The notes under the pieces: model-generated
What the model saw: the letters and a program-made list of their open reading frames with translations, nothing else
The model's database searches: none
Told to the model about the DNA's origin: nothing
Shown: positions 1 to 14,185 of the stretch, in pieces
Numbering within the stretch: the stretch's first letter is position 1
How the letters are laid out: each line of letters begins with the position of its first letter
From: Lama guanicoe
Taxonomy: Eukaryota
Assembly: GCA_013239625.1 (NCBI GenBank)
Contig: MU053881.1
Location: 11,088,873 to 11,152,872, forward strand
DNA length: 64,000 bases
Reading direction: 5' to 3'
Made by a program: the position numbers and the translations under genes

Positions 1-559
1 CTTGACACATATCATTCTGGGGACCCATATATGTAGCACTGATTTACTAAACTGTGTTTGGTTTGATGCTGTCAACTCTGCACTATGAACAGATTAATGG
101 AATTCACTCATTGTTTAAAGATGTTCTCCTAAAAATGCAGGGAATAAATTTATTTTTAGTGTTAAGAAATATTCTGACTGGGTAAATAAGGGGTGTGTGG
201 GTATTTGTGTTTGCGTACGGGCTGATTTTAATGATCCTTTAAACTTAACAACTAATTATATTACAGCATACTTCCTTCTCACACTATCAGACAGCTTATG
301 GCCATATTTGTGCTCCATTATTAAATGGAATATTTTTCTTCACTGCATGTAATTTGATACTAAACTCACATATGTCTCTGCTTTACTTGGACTGATTTTT
401 TTCTTCACTGTTTTCATTATTTTTAAACTGATTTTATGTATTATGTTATATAAATATTTTTATGCCAATTTAAATCTAATACAGAAGGAGGCAATATGTA
501 ATTAAAGTATTAAAATACAAAAAATTAAATGCTCATGAACACTATAAATTTTCAGTAAA

Positions 560-1640
560 TTTTGGATTGATCAAATATTTAGATGTAAAAGTGAAACTAT
601 ACAAATAGAAGAAGCTTTTATGATATTTAAATAGATTCAGAGTACAGAGGTTCTTTCTATTACATCTCAAAACCTAAGCAATTAAAAGTAAATTAAGAAA
701 TTTACTCATAGAATAGAAAGAAATTTCCACATGGGGGGAAAAACACCACATGCAATACAAGGCAAAAGAAACATATTGTTAATATATAAAATAAACTTTG
801 AAACCAATAGGTTAAAAATTAACAATCCAATAGGGAAGTGAGTGAAGGATATGAACAAACAGTATACAAATGATGGAATACAAGTGGTCCTTAAGGATAA
901 GAAAAGGTGTTCCACCTCATTCTCAGAGAAAATGGATATTTAGCACCACAGTGAAGTCCTTTTTTTTTCACCTGTCACATTGACAGTCATTAAAATGTTG
1001 CTCATATGCTGTGTTGGAAAGAGAGAGAGAAAAAAAAAAGACTCGCATATTGTTGGTGGGAGTGTCAAGTCATCCGATCTCTCTGGAGGGTAACCTGGTA
1101 TTAATGACCAAAATGAGAGACACACTATATCTTGGAAGTAGCACATCCATTCCAAATTCTGAGTCTACAGATATTCTCACACATGTGATACTGCGTCGAA
1201 TCGGCAAATACATAGATTAACATACTGCAACGGGGACCAGTTCCATGGAGTATGCCCTGCTCACAAAATGGAATATTGTGCCATTGTTAAAGAAAAGGAA
1301 ACAGAATTACATGTTCTGAGGCAGAGAGGTTTTAATATGTATTATCAGATATTTTAAAAAGCAATATTCATAAGAGTTTGTGTAGTGCCTTATCTTTTGT
1401 AAGGTAAGAGGGAAATAGAGGAAAGAAGATGTTGAAGGAAAAACCGTGTCTGTTTGTGAACGCATTCTCTCTCTCTAAAGGAGATATGACATGCTAGTTA
1501 TACTGTTTGCCTCTGGGGAAGGCAGTGAAGACAGCCGAGTGGCTGGGAATTAGCGTAAAGAGAGAGTGGGTTTTTTTTTTTTACACACTATATATGTTTC
1601 CTGTGTTTTGAATTTTGTATCATTGGCTTATATTATTCAT
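560..1640 (+). mobile_element. Ancient L1 (L1ME-like) fragment, ORF2 3' end and 3' UTR
   Basis: Degenerate ORF2 C-terminal DNA (aacaatccaatagggaagtgagtgaaggatatgaacaaacag, equivalent to NNPI.KW.KDMNRQ; ttggtgggagtgt). Followed by an L1ME-type UTR motif, tgtttgcctctggggaagg. Confidence 0.8.
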
Positions 1641-1789
1641 CCATCCTCCCCCTCTCACCAAAAAAGAAAAGTGAGTATTACTGGTGGGGCAGAAATCAGA
1701 TGCCAGAATTATCAACCACGGCCACAGAATTAGAATCACAAGGGATTAAAAAAAAAAATACACTCACCCAAGTTTTGCCCCAGATGGTT

Positions 1790-1885
1790 AAATCATACTA
1801 CAGAATACCTGCATTGGGGTCTGATTTTACATGTATATTCATTCCCTGGGGATTCTAATATGTAAGTTGATTTGAGAATCACCAG
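1790..1885. mobile_element. MER5-like hAT-Charlie fragment
   Basis: ccctggggattctaatatg...tttgagaatcac resembles a MER5 terminus. Confidence 0.5.
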
Positions 1886-4800
1886 GCCACAGTAAGCAGA
1901 GAATCCTTCTTGGGGAAGATGGAATTCACTCTGAACTTGAAAGCTGAGTCAGTCCTAGAAAGATGAAGATCAACTGACTGAAGTTTAGAGTGAACTTACG
2001 CATCTTGAGACATCCAGCCAGATGAAATAAAAGCAGGGTCAGACAAAAAAAAGGAGAGGAGAGTTCCATATGGCTGATTATCCTCTGAGTAAAGTAATAA
2101 AGGACATTTATGATATTTGTTATGATCGTTAATGGAGGGATACGTGACACATTAGGTGGCATGGTAGTTAAGATTAACATCCCATTACTTATGTTAAATT
2201 ATCACTGATAAATTTCAATATGTACATGTACACATCTCTAAGGACTATTGACTGTACGCTACCATCAAGATGCTTTTTGCAACTTACTGCAGAGATTTGG
2301 GCCACTGCCAAAATAACAAAACCTCCCTGATACTTTGTTTCACACCAAGACAAATGACACTTTGCCAGGCGGTGGCTACATTTTTCAGCACACAGTAAAA
2401 ACCAAAGGTGATGGAAAGACACTGCACTTATTCTTAGGTTGTAGGCGTACACCGAGTGTTTGACATGTTGCATCACTAAATACTTTTTACTGAATCTTAA
2501 TATATTCCTTTAGGAAGATTTTGTAAGGCAGTCAAATTCAAGCCTGTGGATAGATGTTAAAAGTAAATTTTTTCTCCTTATCTGTACGTACATGTATGAA
2601 GCATTTTCAATTCCCATATTTAAAAAGCTTCTGAAATCTGCCTGTGGCTATGCCCTAGAATACCCAGACAAATTTTTTAGGCTAGAAATTCTATGAATCT
2701 GTTTACCATAATTCCCTTCTGTGGGCAAGAAGTGATATTTAAATCATGCCACTGTATAACGAACTTATGCCTCAATGATAAATGTTACTTGCTGAAAGAG
2801 TCAAGTTATTTAACTTTATTATATATTCTAAAGAGAAGGTGTTTTCCAAAATGCTCTGAGTATAACTTGGATGTATTATTGTCACATATGGTCCTTCAAA
2901 ATATTCACCCATGACACTTGCAGGCAAAATGGTTATCACGTGGGAGAATAAAGTAGAACCGTGAGCTTTTGAAGTAATGCTTACTGTGTCAAGCTGTGTG
3001 GGATTCATCTTGCGGAGGGAAAAGGTGGTCTCAAAGGTCAAAGCAGTTTCTATGTGCCTTGAAGTACAGAGGGGACAAGTGGACAGACATAAACTTCAAG
3101 GACACTCTGAAACTTTATATTTAACATTGTAGAATATTGATGACAACAGCTGAAAATGGGACGCTGCTGGAGAGAGAAATTGTGTGACACCAGGGAAGCT
3201 CCTTTTCAGTAAAGCAGCGAAGACATGGAGTTTCTCGGATTAAGAGCCAGTACCAGTTCAGGCTCATTCAGAGGTTGGCACATGGGTGGCCATTAGTATC
3301 AGTTGAATGAAGTGTTAAGGCATCTGTCCATATGGATGAGGTCTGCCCTAAAATGATCTAGAAGGAATGATAAGAGCAATACATACGATGGATTTCTCTG
3401 TGGGCTCCCTCAAAAGGACAAGTGTCAGAACCGGTGCAAAGCAAAATTTCCTCTAAAAAAAGGGCTGCCTGTCGACATTTCTTCTCTTCTGAAGTCACAA
3501 AAGCAAATATTACTTAACAAATTCATTAGCCTCTGGATGGTAACAAGCCTATAACTTTCACAAGTTGTTTACTATTTTGAAGCACTGTTGTTTTATTTTA
3601 AAATTACTCTCTTTTTAATCTCCAACATTAAAAAAAAAGTGCTTTAAACAAATGGTTTATTCTAAATGTCAGGAAAACTCAGGATCGTGTCCTGTTTCCA
3701 CATCTCCCCACCACTCCTCCCCAAGCCCTGCAGCACATACTTATTTTTAGCGGAGCTCGTAAACTCTACTAGCATAAACTATCCAAAAATAGAGGTTATT
3801 ATCATGATTCTGCATGATAACCCTTTGGAAATGCAGTCGTTTAGTGGTTTTAGTTTAAAGTAAATTTGCCACAAGGTGATTCATTTTTCACAAAGGTATT
3901 TATACCCTGAATCTCCTGATTGGTTGGTTTCATTGATATGAAATAAAGATATGAAAAAAAAATCCATGAGCACATGTTTTAAGAGCAGAAATATACCTGT
4001 TTATACCTGAGGGCAGACATCACTCCCCTTCCTGGGGTCATCATTCCAGTCATAATCCATTCACCTGCACCACTTTCAAAAAGAGGGTCTTCTCATCACC
4101 TGATATCAACTCATGTAGTTTTGTGAAATATTTATTTTTATTACAGCAATGACTACACCCATTACATGTTTGTACTGATAAATAAAAATAAAATAGTAAG
4201 TCTTCTGATTTTGTCATCTTCCTTGGGAATTCACTTAGGAAGGGGCGAGCATGAAAACGAATACCACTAGATGTCACTATAAACAGACCATTTTCTCTGA
4301 TGCAGATTTATTTATTTTTTTCACATTTCCAGGTTTCCTGGACTCTATGGGGGAAATTCTTTCTGGCAGTATTGATTCCATTGGAGACCCTTCTTTGTTT
4401 GGTCAAAGGTTGCTAACTGCTAAATTTACATCCTTTTCTTGTGTCCCTTTGCAAATCTACAAAACTGTTTTCTTTAAAGAAGAATTACAGCATGGGGATT
4501 TCAAAATTGTCACCATTTTATTAATTAGGTGATGGTGTCATGCTGAGTCGGCCAGTCTATTATTTCTTAGGAAAGATCTTGTAGTGAGTTTGTCTCATTA
4601 GAGAACCAGAAGAGCAGACAGATTAGTGCCATACACTGCAACATTAATTAGAGAGTCAGGGTTTCAGGGGCTAGATCATTTCATTGTGACAATGGCAGCA
4701 GCAGTTAATTGAGTCTCTTTTAGAAAGCATCGAAGGGGCTTGAGCCAAGGAGAAAGCCCACTATGATTTTCCTGAGCTCAATGTAGACGGGACACCAGAA

Positions 4801-5414
4801 TTATAGGTCATCAACTTAGAAAGACTTTAAAGGTTTCCTAGTTTGTCTAGGTTTCTTGTCCCTCCTTCCATCTGAAGCAGAAATTTCTTCAATGAAACTG
4901 CTGAGCAGTGGACTTTAAGAGCATGGAATCTGTGGCTCAGTGGGAGTTTTAACAATTATATTACAATTTCCTATTTCTCGTGTGCAGATCTACTTAATGC
5001 ATTTTGACCAAGAAATTGATGTGCAACAGAACTGTAACCATCCAGCGGATTCTACACCACATGATTTTAAAAAAAATTATGTCACCTTCAATCAGTTTAC
5101 ACGAACCAATACTTAATCAGGAATACCAGCAATCAACTGCTAAAACGTCCCTAATAATAGACTGGCAGAGTCAGAATAACAAGAGACTGAGTAGTCAAAC
5201 TTCCTTGTGAGCTGACATTTAAAAATTCACATTTTAAAAATGACATTTAGCAGACGAGATGATGATGCAAATGAAATCTATATTTAGGGAGGGGTGAAAA
5301 CAGCATCTAATTTGTAGTGATTATATATTCTGTTCTACCTGTGGAAATTCTGCTTAAGTCTGCCTAGTGTTCTTTAAAAATACTTCTTTCTCTCTCTCTC
5401 CCTCCTCACTCCTC

Positions 5415-5730
5415 TCCTTTCTGTCTCTCTCTGCAGAGAGAAGGCAAGGACATGGAGGAACCATGGGTAGCCATTCAAATAAACACACCAGCTCAGCTAC
5501 CAATGGACGGCTGGCCCCAGCTGCCAGTCACACAATGAACAGCCTTAGACATGGGACCCAGTCAAGCCTTTAGGATGTCCCCAACCTCAGACTCCATTTG
5601 ACTGAAAAGACTCCAAGGTGGAACCACTCAGATGAGCGCACTCAACTTGCAGAACCATGAGATAATAATACACTGTTTTTCAAGACAGTAAATACTGGAG
5701 TGATTTGTTACGCAATGGTCAATAACTGGA
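5415..5730 (+). mobile_element. MLT1 (MaLR) LTR fragment, old subfamily
   Basis: Typical MLT1 3' end: cagaaccatgagataataatacactgttttt...gtgatttgttacgcaatggtcaataactggaa. Confidence 0.7.
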
Positions 5731-6193
5731 ATGGTAGGCAATTTGTTTTTGAAGGAAAAGGGGGGAAATTGTAAGAAATCCATGGGCAGACAACTTGAAA
5801 GAAGGCCTTTGATCTTCTGACTTAATTTTGTGGTTAGCAATACATTCTTTCTCAAATTTTCCGGTGGAATTTTCTTTTCATTAAACGTGAGCTCGGACTT
5901 GGCCTTTTCTTTCTCACTTGTCATCGCTATCTACTTTCATTCACTGTCACTCTCAGAAGTTGGTGTGCTTTTCTTTTATTTCAGTTCTGAATAGCATTAG
6001 ATAGCTCTGTGGCTAATGCGATGTTGGAGCGTACATACGACATTTGAAAATAAACTTCAAGTCATGTGGTGTGAATGTGCCTGTTGAAGGAGGCTGAGCA
6101 GTGAAAGGACTGCGATTTGCCAATAATGTGTAGTAGTACAGTGCCCCATCTCAGCTCTGAGATGCTTACTGGGCATTTAAAAAAAAAAAAAAA

Positions 6194-6300
6194 CAGTGAT
6201 TCTCAAACTTCAGTATGCATCCAAAACATCCGGAGATCCGCTAACATGCCAATTCTGATCTAGCAGGATTGAGTCTGAGCCTGATATTCTGCATTTCTCA
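6194..6300. mobile_element. MER5A/B-like hAT-Charlie element
   Basis: cagtgattctcaaacttcagtatgcatc...tctgagcctgatattctgcatttct. Confidence 0.75.
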
Positions 6301-6899
6301 TGTAAGCCTCCTGAAAGAGTAAATAAAACGAGTGGCAGGATTCTGGGGTGTTATTTATCCACTTCTTTTACCTCCATTCTCCATGTCCTTTCATTCTCCA
6401 TCTCCGTATCACATAAAGCTTGGGCGGTGAATGCTACTTATATGCACTTTGTGAAAAAATATTAAGGAAAGAAGTAACATAATTTTCTTCTAAAGCTTTT
6501 GCTCCCCCTCTGCTCCCAGGAAAATGTTTTACCTTTACCTAGGTACTTTCAATTACCTCCTTGCACACACTTTCTGTGCTAAGATTTATTCTTATCATAA
6601 TAAGAATCATTTAAAAGTTGTGAACCTGAACGAGAGAGTGGCCTTCATTTTGCAGACGTTCTGGTCCCAGTACGGTGAGCAGCCTCTGACAAATGTCGCT
6701 GTCTGGGGGCGGCGGGTGTTACCTGCATTACTTGCTTGTTGTTGCATCTATTTGCATACTAATTTTTTCTTCCAAATAAATCTCACATTTTCCCACTCTT
6801 TTAATACTTTGCAATAGCACCCTGGACCCATCTATCATCATCATTCCTTCTGTTCCTAAAAATGGCCTCCTTCCCACTCAGCTTACTTCTGCTCTTACT

Positions 6900-7425
6900 G
6901 ACAAGTCCCTTCTTCCCACTGAACTTTGGCTTCTAGTTCTCTTCAGATACAGACAAGGTTTCTTTGTGTGGTTTACAAGACCCCAAATAATCAGACCTGA
7001 GGTCCTCATCCCTTTCTATGCTCATTTTCAGTCTTTGGCTCCATATTTTCCATCACTCACAGCTAATATCCTCCCTCCAGCCATCGAGTAGTGAGCACAC
7101 AATCTTCTCTGCCCAGACTTTCTTCTTCAACTGCCCTCCTTCACTTAACAAACTGCTGTGTTTTTCTCCTTTCTCAGCTCAAAATTCACTTTCTCAAAGA
7201 GGAATCATCTGCATATAAGTGTGGTTTCCTTATTATAATCTTTCATCACCTCGATGTCCTTTCCAGCAATAACACAGCTGTAATTTTATATTTATGTATA
7301 TTATTCTTTCCTAGAGTAAAGTGAAGATTCCAGAGCTTGTATCTGGTTTTATACACTATGGTACCCCCAGCTCTTTGTGTGGTGGCTCGATCAAAAACCA
7401 GTGGCTCAGTAAATACCTGGTGAAG
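6900..7425 (+). mobile_element. L2 3' fragment
   Basis: Pyrimidine-rich L2-like body ending in gctcagtaaatacctggtgaa, a degenerate L2 tail. Confidence 0.6.
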
Positions 7426-10400
7426 GTATAAAACATTCCAAGCTATTCATCCAGTGTACCACCATCACCACATTTGCCTTGTTCTGAACCAGCCTTCTCT
7501 TTTGCTTGACCTATAACCTTTTACACTTTATCTCCTGTGTTACAGAGTAAGGCAGAAAAGAGCACCAGCCTTTTTACTTAGTGGCATCTCCTCTTTGAGG
7601 ACAATTCTCCACTTCTCTAGTTTTAAAGTCTTTCCACAATGCCATGTTTGGTTTCTCTGGTTGGTTGTGTCTTTATGCAACTATACCATCCTCTCCTATT
7701 CCCACTCAACCAGATCCAGGTCTCTAGCTCTCTAACTATTCTTAATTATTAATTATTCTTAATTATTATTAGTTTTTTTTATTATTCTTCTACAGTTTCA
7801 GCTCCAACCAAGGTTGTAACCCTTTTTATAAGAAGAAGATGATGCCTTTGGTCCTGGCACTGCAAATAACCAGACCAATTTAAGCAGTTTCTGGAATTCA
7901 ACACAAGTGGTATCAAATGGAAAACAGAGAAAGGAGATCTCCATCTCCAGATTGGAAGTTGTTTTGTTTTGCTTTGTTTTGTGGCAGGAAATGAATGGAC
8001 AATAACTAACACTATTGAGAGTTTGGAAATGAAATGTCAAAAAGCCTAAATTCTCCATGCAGCCTAATGATGGCCTATTTCTTTCCTCATTTCTAAGCTG
8101 CAGACTGGAAACAACTGGCCAGCAGGATGCTCCTGGCCTAGGGCTTTTCTCTCCCTGGGCCTCTCTGGCCAGGCAAAGTCAGGGAAATATTCCTAATCAA
8201 GCATTTACAGTTCATGTGAATTTTACGTCAAGTAAGGAAGTGGATCCCACATTAACCAGCTGAATTCAGGTGTAGCTGAGTACATAGTGGGTGACTTTTT
8301 TATGGCTAACAATCCTTTCAAGTTAACACTACATCGCAGCAGGACTGAATCTGGCCTTCACAAACTCTATGCACCTGGCTGTACATCTCATTCTAATTTT
8401 GCACATTTCAGATCTGCTACTCATCTGACAACACGGTAGGCATCATATATTTAAGAGCAGCACTTGCGGCTAGAAAAGCAGTCAGATTCAAGGTCAAAAT
8501 AAATTGTGAAAAGAGTATTGTGAGAAGGAGTTAAGTTGATATGGTCCCGATGCCTGCCAAAAGTGTTCCTATTTTGAGCAAAAATCATTTGGGTCACCCT
8601 TTTTTGAGCTCTTAATTTGCTATCAAATTTTCAAAAAGGAAAAATAAAGATATACAAATCATCAAAAACACACTTTTGGTAAGAGATTCCATTTTATGTA
8701 TACAGAATGGAATGCACACCTCACCCCCTCTCTGTCTGTCTCTTTTCCTGTCTCTCTCTTTCTAATCTGCATAGTTATAGCCCAAATAAGAGAGAATAGC
8801 AAGTCATCCAGTAAAAAAGTATTTTTTAAAAATCAGGGACTATAAACTTGATCTCCTTTACTGTATCTTTCATCTCTGAATTCCTGATGTCAGCAATGAA
8901 AGCATATAAAGATGTTTGCAGATGAATCGGGAAACACAGAGCAAACATCAATGTATTGAAATTAATGATCTACAGTAGAACACATTATAAATAAACTTAA
9001 TCATAGTGTATTAGAGATTCATATGTCTAACAAGGAATGCTTAGCACAATGAATTGTGTCCCAAAATGTCCTAACATATATGTGTATTCTTTTAGATGAA
9101 ACATATTGTTATATGATGATATAATCTAAAGATAGAATTCAAACTGGACAAAGTCAGGTTTTTTTTTTTTTTACTGAATTAACAATGCGTTGTACTACCC
9201 AAAATATAAACTTCAAATATGAATTTTAGGTGACTTCTGAAAAAGAGACTATCTTGTGTTGAGTTGTACTGATAAAATTGACATAATAAATATGAACACT
9301 TAGAAAAATGCATAATAAAAATAACAAAAAATTCAGAAGAAGGATATATAACTTCCTATAGTCAACCTAACCTTACTGTAGCTCATTAGGTCTTATTTTC
9401 AGACTTTAATCTTAGAAGTTTCTCTGTTGTGATAATAAAGATGGTGAAGAAAAGAAATGAAGACTGTTGAAAGGAGATGGGAGTGTTTCACTGGAGGAGC
9501 CAAAAGAAGAAGGGCAGCTGAACAGCAGAGCAGAGAGCTGCTGGTACAGCCATCCTGACGTATTCAGCAATACTTATCAGAGAAGCTTGAGTTTTAGGAA
9601 GTTCGAGAACAAGAGACAGGGGCCTTGGTCGAGGTGGAGATGTGTTGTGGTCTTCAAACAAAACAAACAAAACAAAAACAACAGCAACAGAACAAAAACA
9701 GTGCTAGCCAAGGAAGGCACTAAGGGAAATTTCTTGCCTTGACCTTGGCTTTAAGTGAAACAAAAAAAAAAAGACTCCCTTGGTTATACCAAAGGTCAGA
9801 TGGTTGAGTCTGAAATCAGAAACTCCACTATCATAGTGCCAGACCAATTGGGAAGGGGGAGTGAATTGTTAACAGATGGCCAATAACTCTCACTGCATGT
9901 AGTTTTACAGCATGAGAACCAACAGATACATAGCATATATGCAGATATTCTAACTCAGTCATACTGAATTCCTTTGTCTGTTTTGACATGGTCAAAATGG
10001 ATGCAGTAAAAATGTAAAGTCACGGTCCTTTTTTTTTAACCATGAAATCTGTATAACAGAAAAACCTGACCTTCATCGTATTTTTTGTCCTTACACAACC
10101 CTGACTACAATCATATGTAATTATGAAAGCTTATTATTGACATTACTAACTCAAGCTGACATGGATACTAACAGAAAAGACTGAATTTTTTTAACATAAT
10201 TTTATTATGTACTAGTAGTTATTTATTCAACTTTTCATCCACAATCAAAAAAAAAAAAAGTTCAACCAGTGTGTTTGGCCTCGTCCTGTGAAACGTTTTT
10301 ATCCACCTTGTGGACAGAGATAAAGGAGGTCTGCTTATCACACTATCAGGTGACCTCAGTCTAGAAGGGTAAGTTAACATGACAGCTGACAGAATCAAGA

Positions 10401-10739
10401 TTCTGAAAAGACTCAACAAGCGGGAATGATGGTAAAAAATCTTGGGGATAAAAATGTATAGGAATAAATATGCTGTTTAAGGTTGGACAATTTTACTACA
10501 CTCAAGGATTCAACAATTTTGATGATGAATTTTAAAATTCCTAGTTCCTCAATTATTAGAAGATGGTATGGAGGGCAGAAGTAGTTACTGCCCCCATCTC
10601 CCCAGCCTTCATTCACCTTCCTTATTTTCAACTGTCTTCTGAATTATCTTTGCAAAACCCCTTCTCCCTCCACCATTACAGCCGAAACTGCCCTGAGTTC
10701 AGGCTCATGCTAATCAGCATGTCCTGTGACCCCAAACAG

Positions 10740-11165
10740 TAACTAGTTCATGTACAGACTAATATTCTAAATAGGCTGATGGGATGTGACGTGAGTATAT
10801 TTATCTGTTGAGGTATTCTATGAGGGAGAACTTTTTACTTTCTATTTTGTAACCATGATCAGAAGAGATTACTTCTTGTTCATGAGAGATATAAAATGAG
10901 AATGTGAAACCTGGACTCTTCCATAAGAGGAAAAGCCGAGACAAGCAGGGCTGATGGTACACAATTTGGAGTGTGGTGGAGAAGTCAATACTGGTGTAGA
11001 CAGAGCAGAGAAAAGCCAGATCTCAGCTTACTGCACTTGAGCTGCTCACTCAAAGCTCATGTGGAATCGTTCTCACTTGTCATCTATAGAAATCAATTAG
11101 TTATCTTTATTTTTAAGCCAGAGGGAGTTAAAGTTTCCATCATGTACAACCTAAAAGACAGGAAT
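10740..11165 (+). mobile_element. MLT1 (MaLR) LTR, highly diverged
   Basis: Ends with tttaagccagagggagttaaagtttccatcatgtacaacc, an MLT1J/K-type terminus. Confidence 0.5.
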
Positions 11166-11789
11166 ATGTCATAATCATTTGTCTATTTACCAGGGGCAAG
11201 CACCTGGTAGGTACTTGATAGATTTTTGTTGATTAATTAGGTTAAAATTGAACTAATGAAAAAATCTAACCAAAGTTTAAGTTAAATGTATGTAAAATGT
11301 ACAAAAATACAGTAAAGAAAGAGCCTGACTTCTTCATTGTGAGAATTACACAGTATGAATTATGAAAATTATATAGGTTTAAACATTTCTGAAAATATGG
11401 CCATGGAAAACAGACAAATCCTTTCACTGAAAACAACTACAATACTAGAATAAATTATTCTTAAACCAATAAAGTGGATCTGTAAAAGATTCATTGGCAA
11501 GAATGTAAGATATACTAAAGGGAGGGAGAGAGTAAAGACAGGAACCTAGAAAAGTAAGTAGATATTTGGCCTTGAGGTGTTTAATAAACCAGTTGAACTC
11601 AAAAGTTAGTTCTCATAGTTGTATGCAGTCTAGGGCACATAAGCGTTACAGACAAAACTAGGAATGAATAAGGTAGGTGAACCCATTAGAAATAACCAAA
11701 CATCAATCTTGGATGCTCTCTCCACAAATGGTTACATGCTCAAATAAATATGAGATGTAAATGAATATTTTTTGAAGCATTGATTGTTA

Positions 11790-12040
11790 GTGAATAAAGC
11801 ATATCATTTAATAATGGTTTTAAATTTAGTAACCCTGAGTAAATAATTTATCTATTGATTCTTTTGGGTATTCTAGATAAACAGTCATCTGAAAATATTC
11901 TAGTTTTCTTCTTCCTTTATAATTCTTTTAAAATTTATTTTATTTCATGCATTACTATCTGGCTAGGATCTTCAGTAAAATGTTGAATGCAAGAGCTGAG
12001 AGCAAGCACTCAATTTTTTCTTATAGTTAAAGAGATGTTT
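11790..12040 (-). mobile_element. Old L1 ORF2 reverse-transcriptase fragment (antisense)
   Basis: The reverse complement reads as degenerate C.LS.L.FNI.L..LAR...F.DD...YLE.PKES, the L1 RT FADD region. Confidence 0.75.
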
Positions 12041-12049
12041 AGTGCACTA

Positions 12050-14185
12050 AAAAAATATAACAGTAATATGGCTAAGGAATTAAAAAGGGAGACACAACAG
12101 ACTTATGAAAAAAAATTCTGAGTCAATCCAGAAAAGACTTAAAGGAGAAAAAAAAACCACAAATCAATCAGACTAATAGAAAATAAATAGTATGATGATA
12201 CATTTAAACCTAAATTTGTCAAAAATTACATTAAAAATAGTCTAAATGTCACCAATTACAAGCAGAGATTATCAAATTAGAAAAAAAATCCACCTACGTG
12301 CTACCTACAAGTAACACATCTTAAACATAAAAACACACATACATTAAAAGCTAAATAATGGAAAATGATACACCATGCTAATACTAATCAAAAAGAAGGT
12401 GGAATTGCTATAGTAGTATGAGACAAGACAACTTCAGATAAGGTAATGCTACCAGGGATATAAAGATGCTCTTTTTAAAAAATTACAATTGGTTGATTAA
12501 TCAGGAGGATATAACAACCATCAGTGCTTATGCCCCTAATAACAGAGCTTCCAAATACATGAAACGTAAACTGATTGAAAAAAAAAAAACTTCAAGGATA
12601 AACACATAATGAGAATGACAGATTTCAATATCCCATGTCAATAATTGATACAACATGTAGACAGAAAAAGTAAGGCTGCAGAAGATTTAAACAACACAGT
12701 CAACTAAATTTAAAAAAAAAAACTGACATTGTAAAACACTTCCCAACAACGATAGAACACACATTCTTCTGAAGTAGACACCAAATATTTACCCCGGTAA
12801 ACCATATTTGGGGCCGTCAAACAAGTATCATTAAATTTAAAGTGATTTAAGGCATACAAAGTTTGTTTTCTGACCATAATGACATAAAATTAGAAACTAA
12901 AAACAGAAAGATCTCTGGAAAGAAGTCTGAAAATTTGGAAACTAGGTAACACATCTTTAAATCACCCATAAGTCAAAATTATTTTCAAAAGTAGTATTTT
13001 GAGCTTAATGAAAATTAAAATATAACTTATTAAATGTGTCAGACATTGACAAAGCAAGACTTAGGGGAAAGCCTGCACTGTTAAACATCAATGTTAGAAA
13101 AGAAGAAAGTGTCAAATCAATGACCTTACCATCTGCCATAAGAAATAGAAAACGAAGAGAAAGTGAAACCCAACTTAGAAGTAAAGAAGCAAAGATAAGA
13201 GTGTACATTCATTACATAAACAACCAAGAAAAAACTATATTTAAAAACCAAAGAAACTAAAAGCTGTTTATATGAGAAGATTAATAAAATTATCCACCCT
13301 TTCTCCAGGCCAGTCAGGAAAAAAGAGTGAGACGACACAAATTACCAGTATCAGGAATGCAAGAAGTGGCTTTTCTACAGATTAGGCAAGAAATTAAAAA
13401 TATAATGCCAATAAAGTCCATGCTTACAGGAAAAAAAAGTCTTTGAAAGTAAACTACCAATAAACTACCAAAGTCCACCCAAGAAGAAAAACATAACCTG
13501 AATAATCCTAATAATCCTGCATCTATTAAATAAATTCAAGTTGTAGTTACTAACCTCTCCACAAAGACAACACTGGCTCAAAGTCTTCACAGGTGATTTC
13601 CATGAATATTGTAGAGAAAGGAATGCTTCTCAAGTCATTGTTTAAGACCAGCATTACCTCAATACAAAATCTGATAAACACTGTAAAAAGAAAGTGAACT
13701 ACACACCAGTATCCCTCGTAAACATAAAAGCAAAATATTTTAACATAATTTTAGCAAATCTAGCAATATATAAACAGGATTATACATCATGACCAAATGG
13801 GGTTTATCCCAGGAATGCAAGGTGGGTTTAAATATTCAAAAAGTAATGGAAATCACCATATTAACCACCTGAAAAAAGAAAGATATATAATCATTTTAAT
13901 AAATGTAGAAAAAGCCTTTGAGGAAATCCATTGTCCCTTCCTGATAAAAATTCTTAAGAAACCAGGAATAGAAGGGAACTTTCTCAACCTGATAAAGGTC
14001 ATCTACAGAAAACCTACAGCTGACATCATACTTAATGCTGAAAGACTGAATGTTTTTTTTCTGTCAGGTCAGGAACAAGGTAAAGATATCCACTTCACTG
14101 CTTCTGTTCAACATTCAACCTGTACTGGAGGTTCTAGCCAGATAAACTAGGCAAGAAAAAAAAAAAGGCATTCAAATTGGATGCT
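12050..14185 (+). mobile_element. L1 ORF2 remnant (endonuclease through N-terminal RT), frameshifted
   Basis: ORF 13797-14150 (MGFIPGMQG...HHINHLK...EKAF..I..PFLIK.L.K.GIEGNFLNLIK.IY.KPTA.IILN.E.L) matches L1 ORF2. Endonuclease-region DNA is present upstream (tatgcccctaataacagagcttccaaatacatgaa; ttctgaccataat). Confidence 0.95.
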
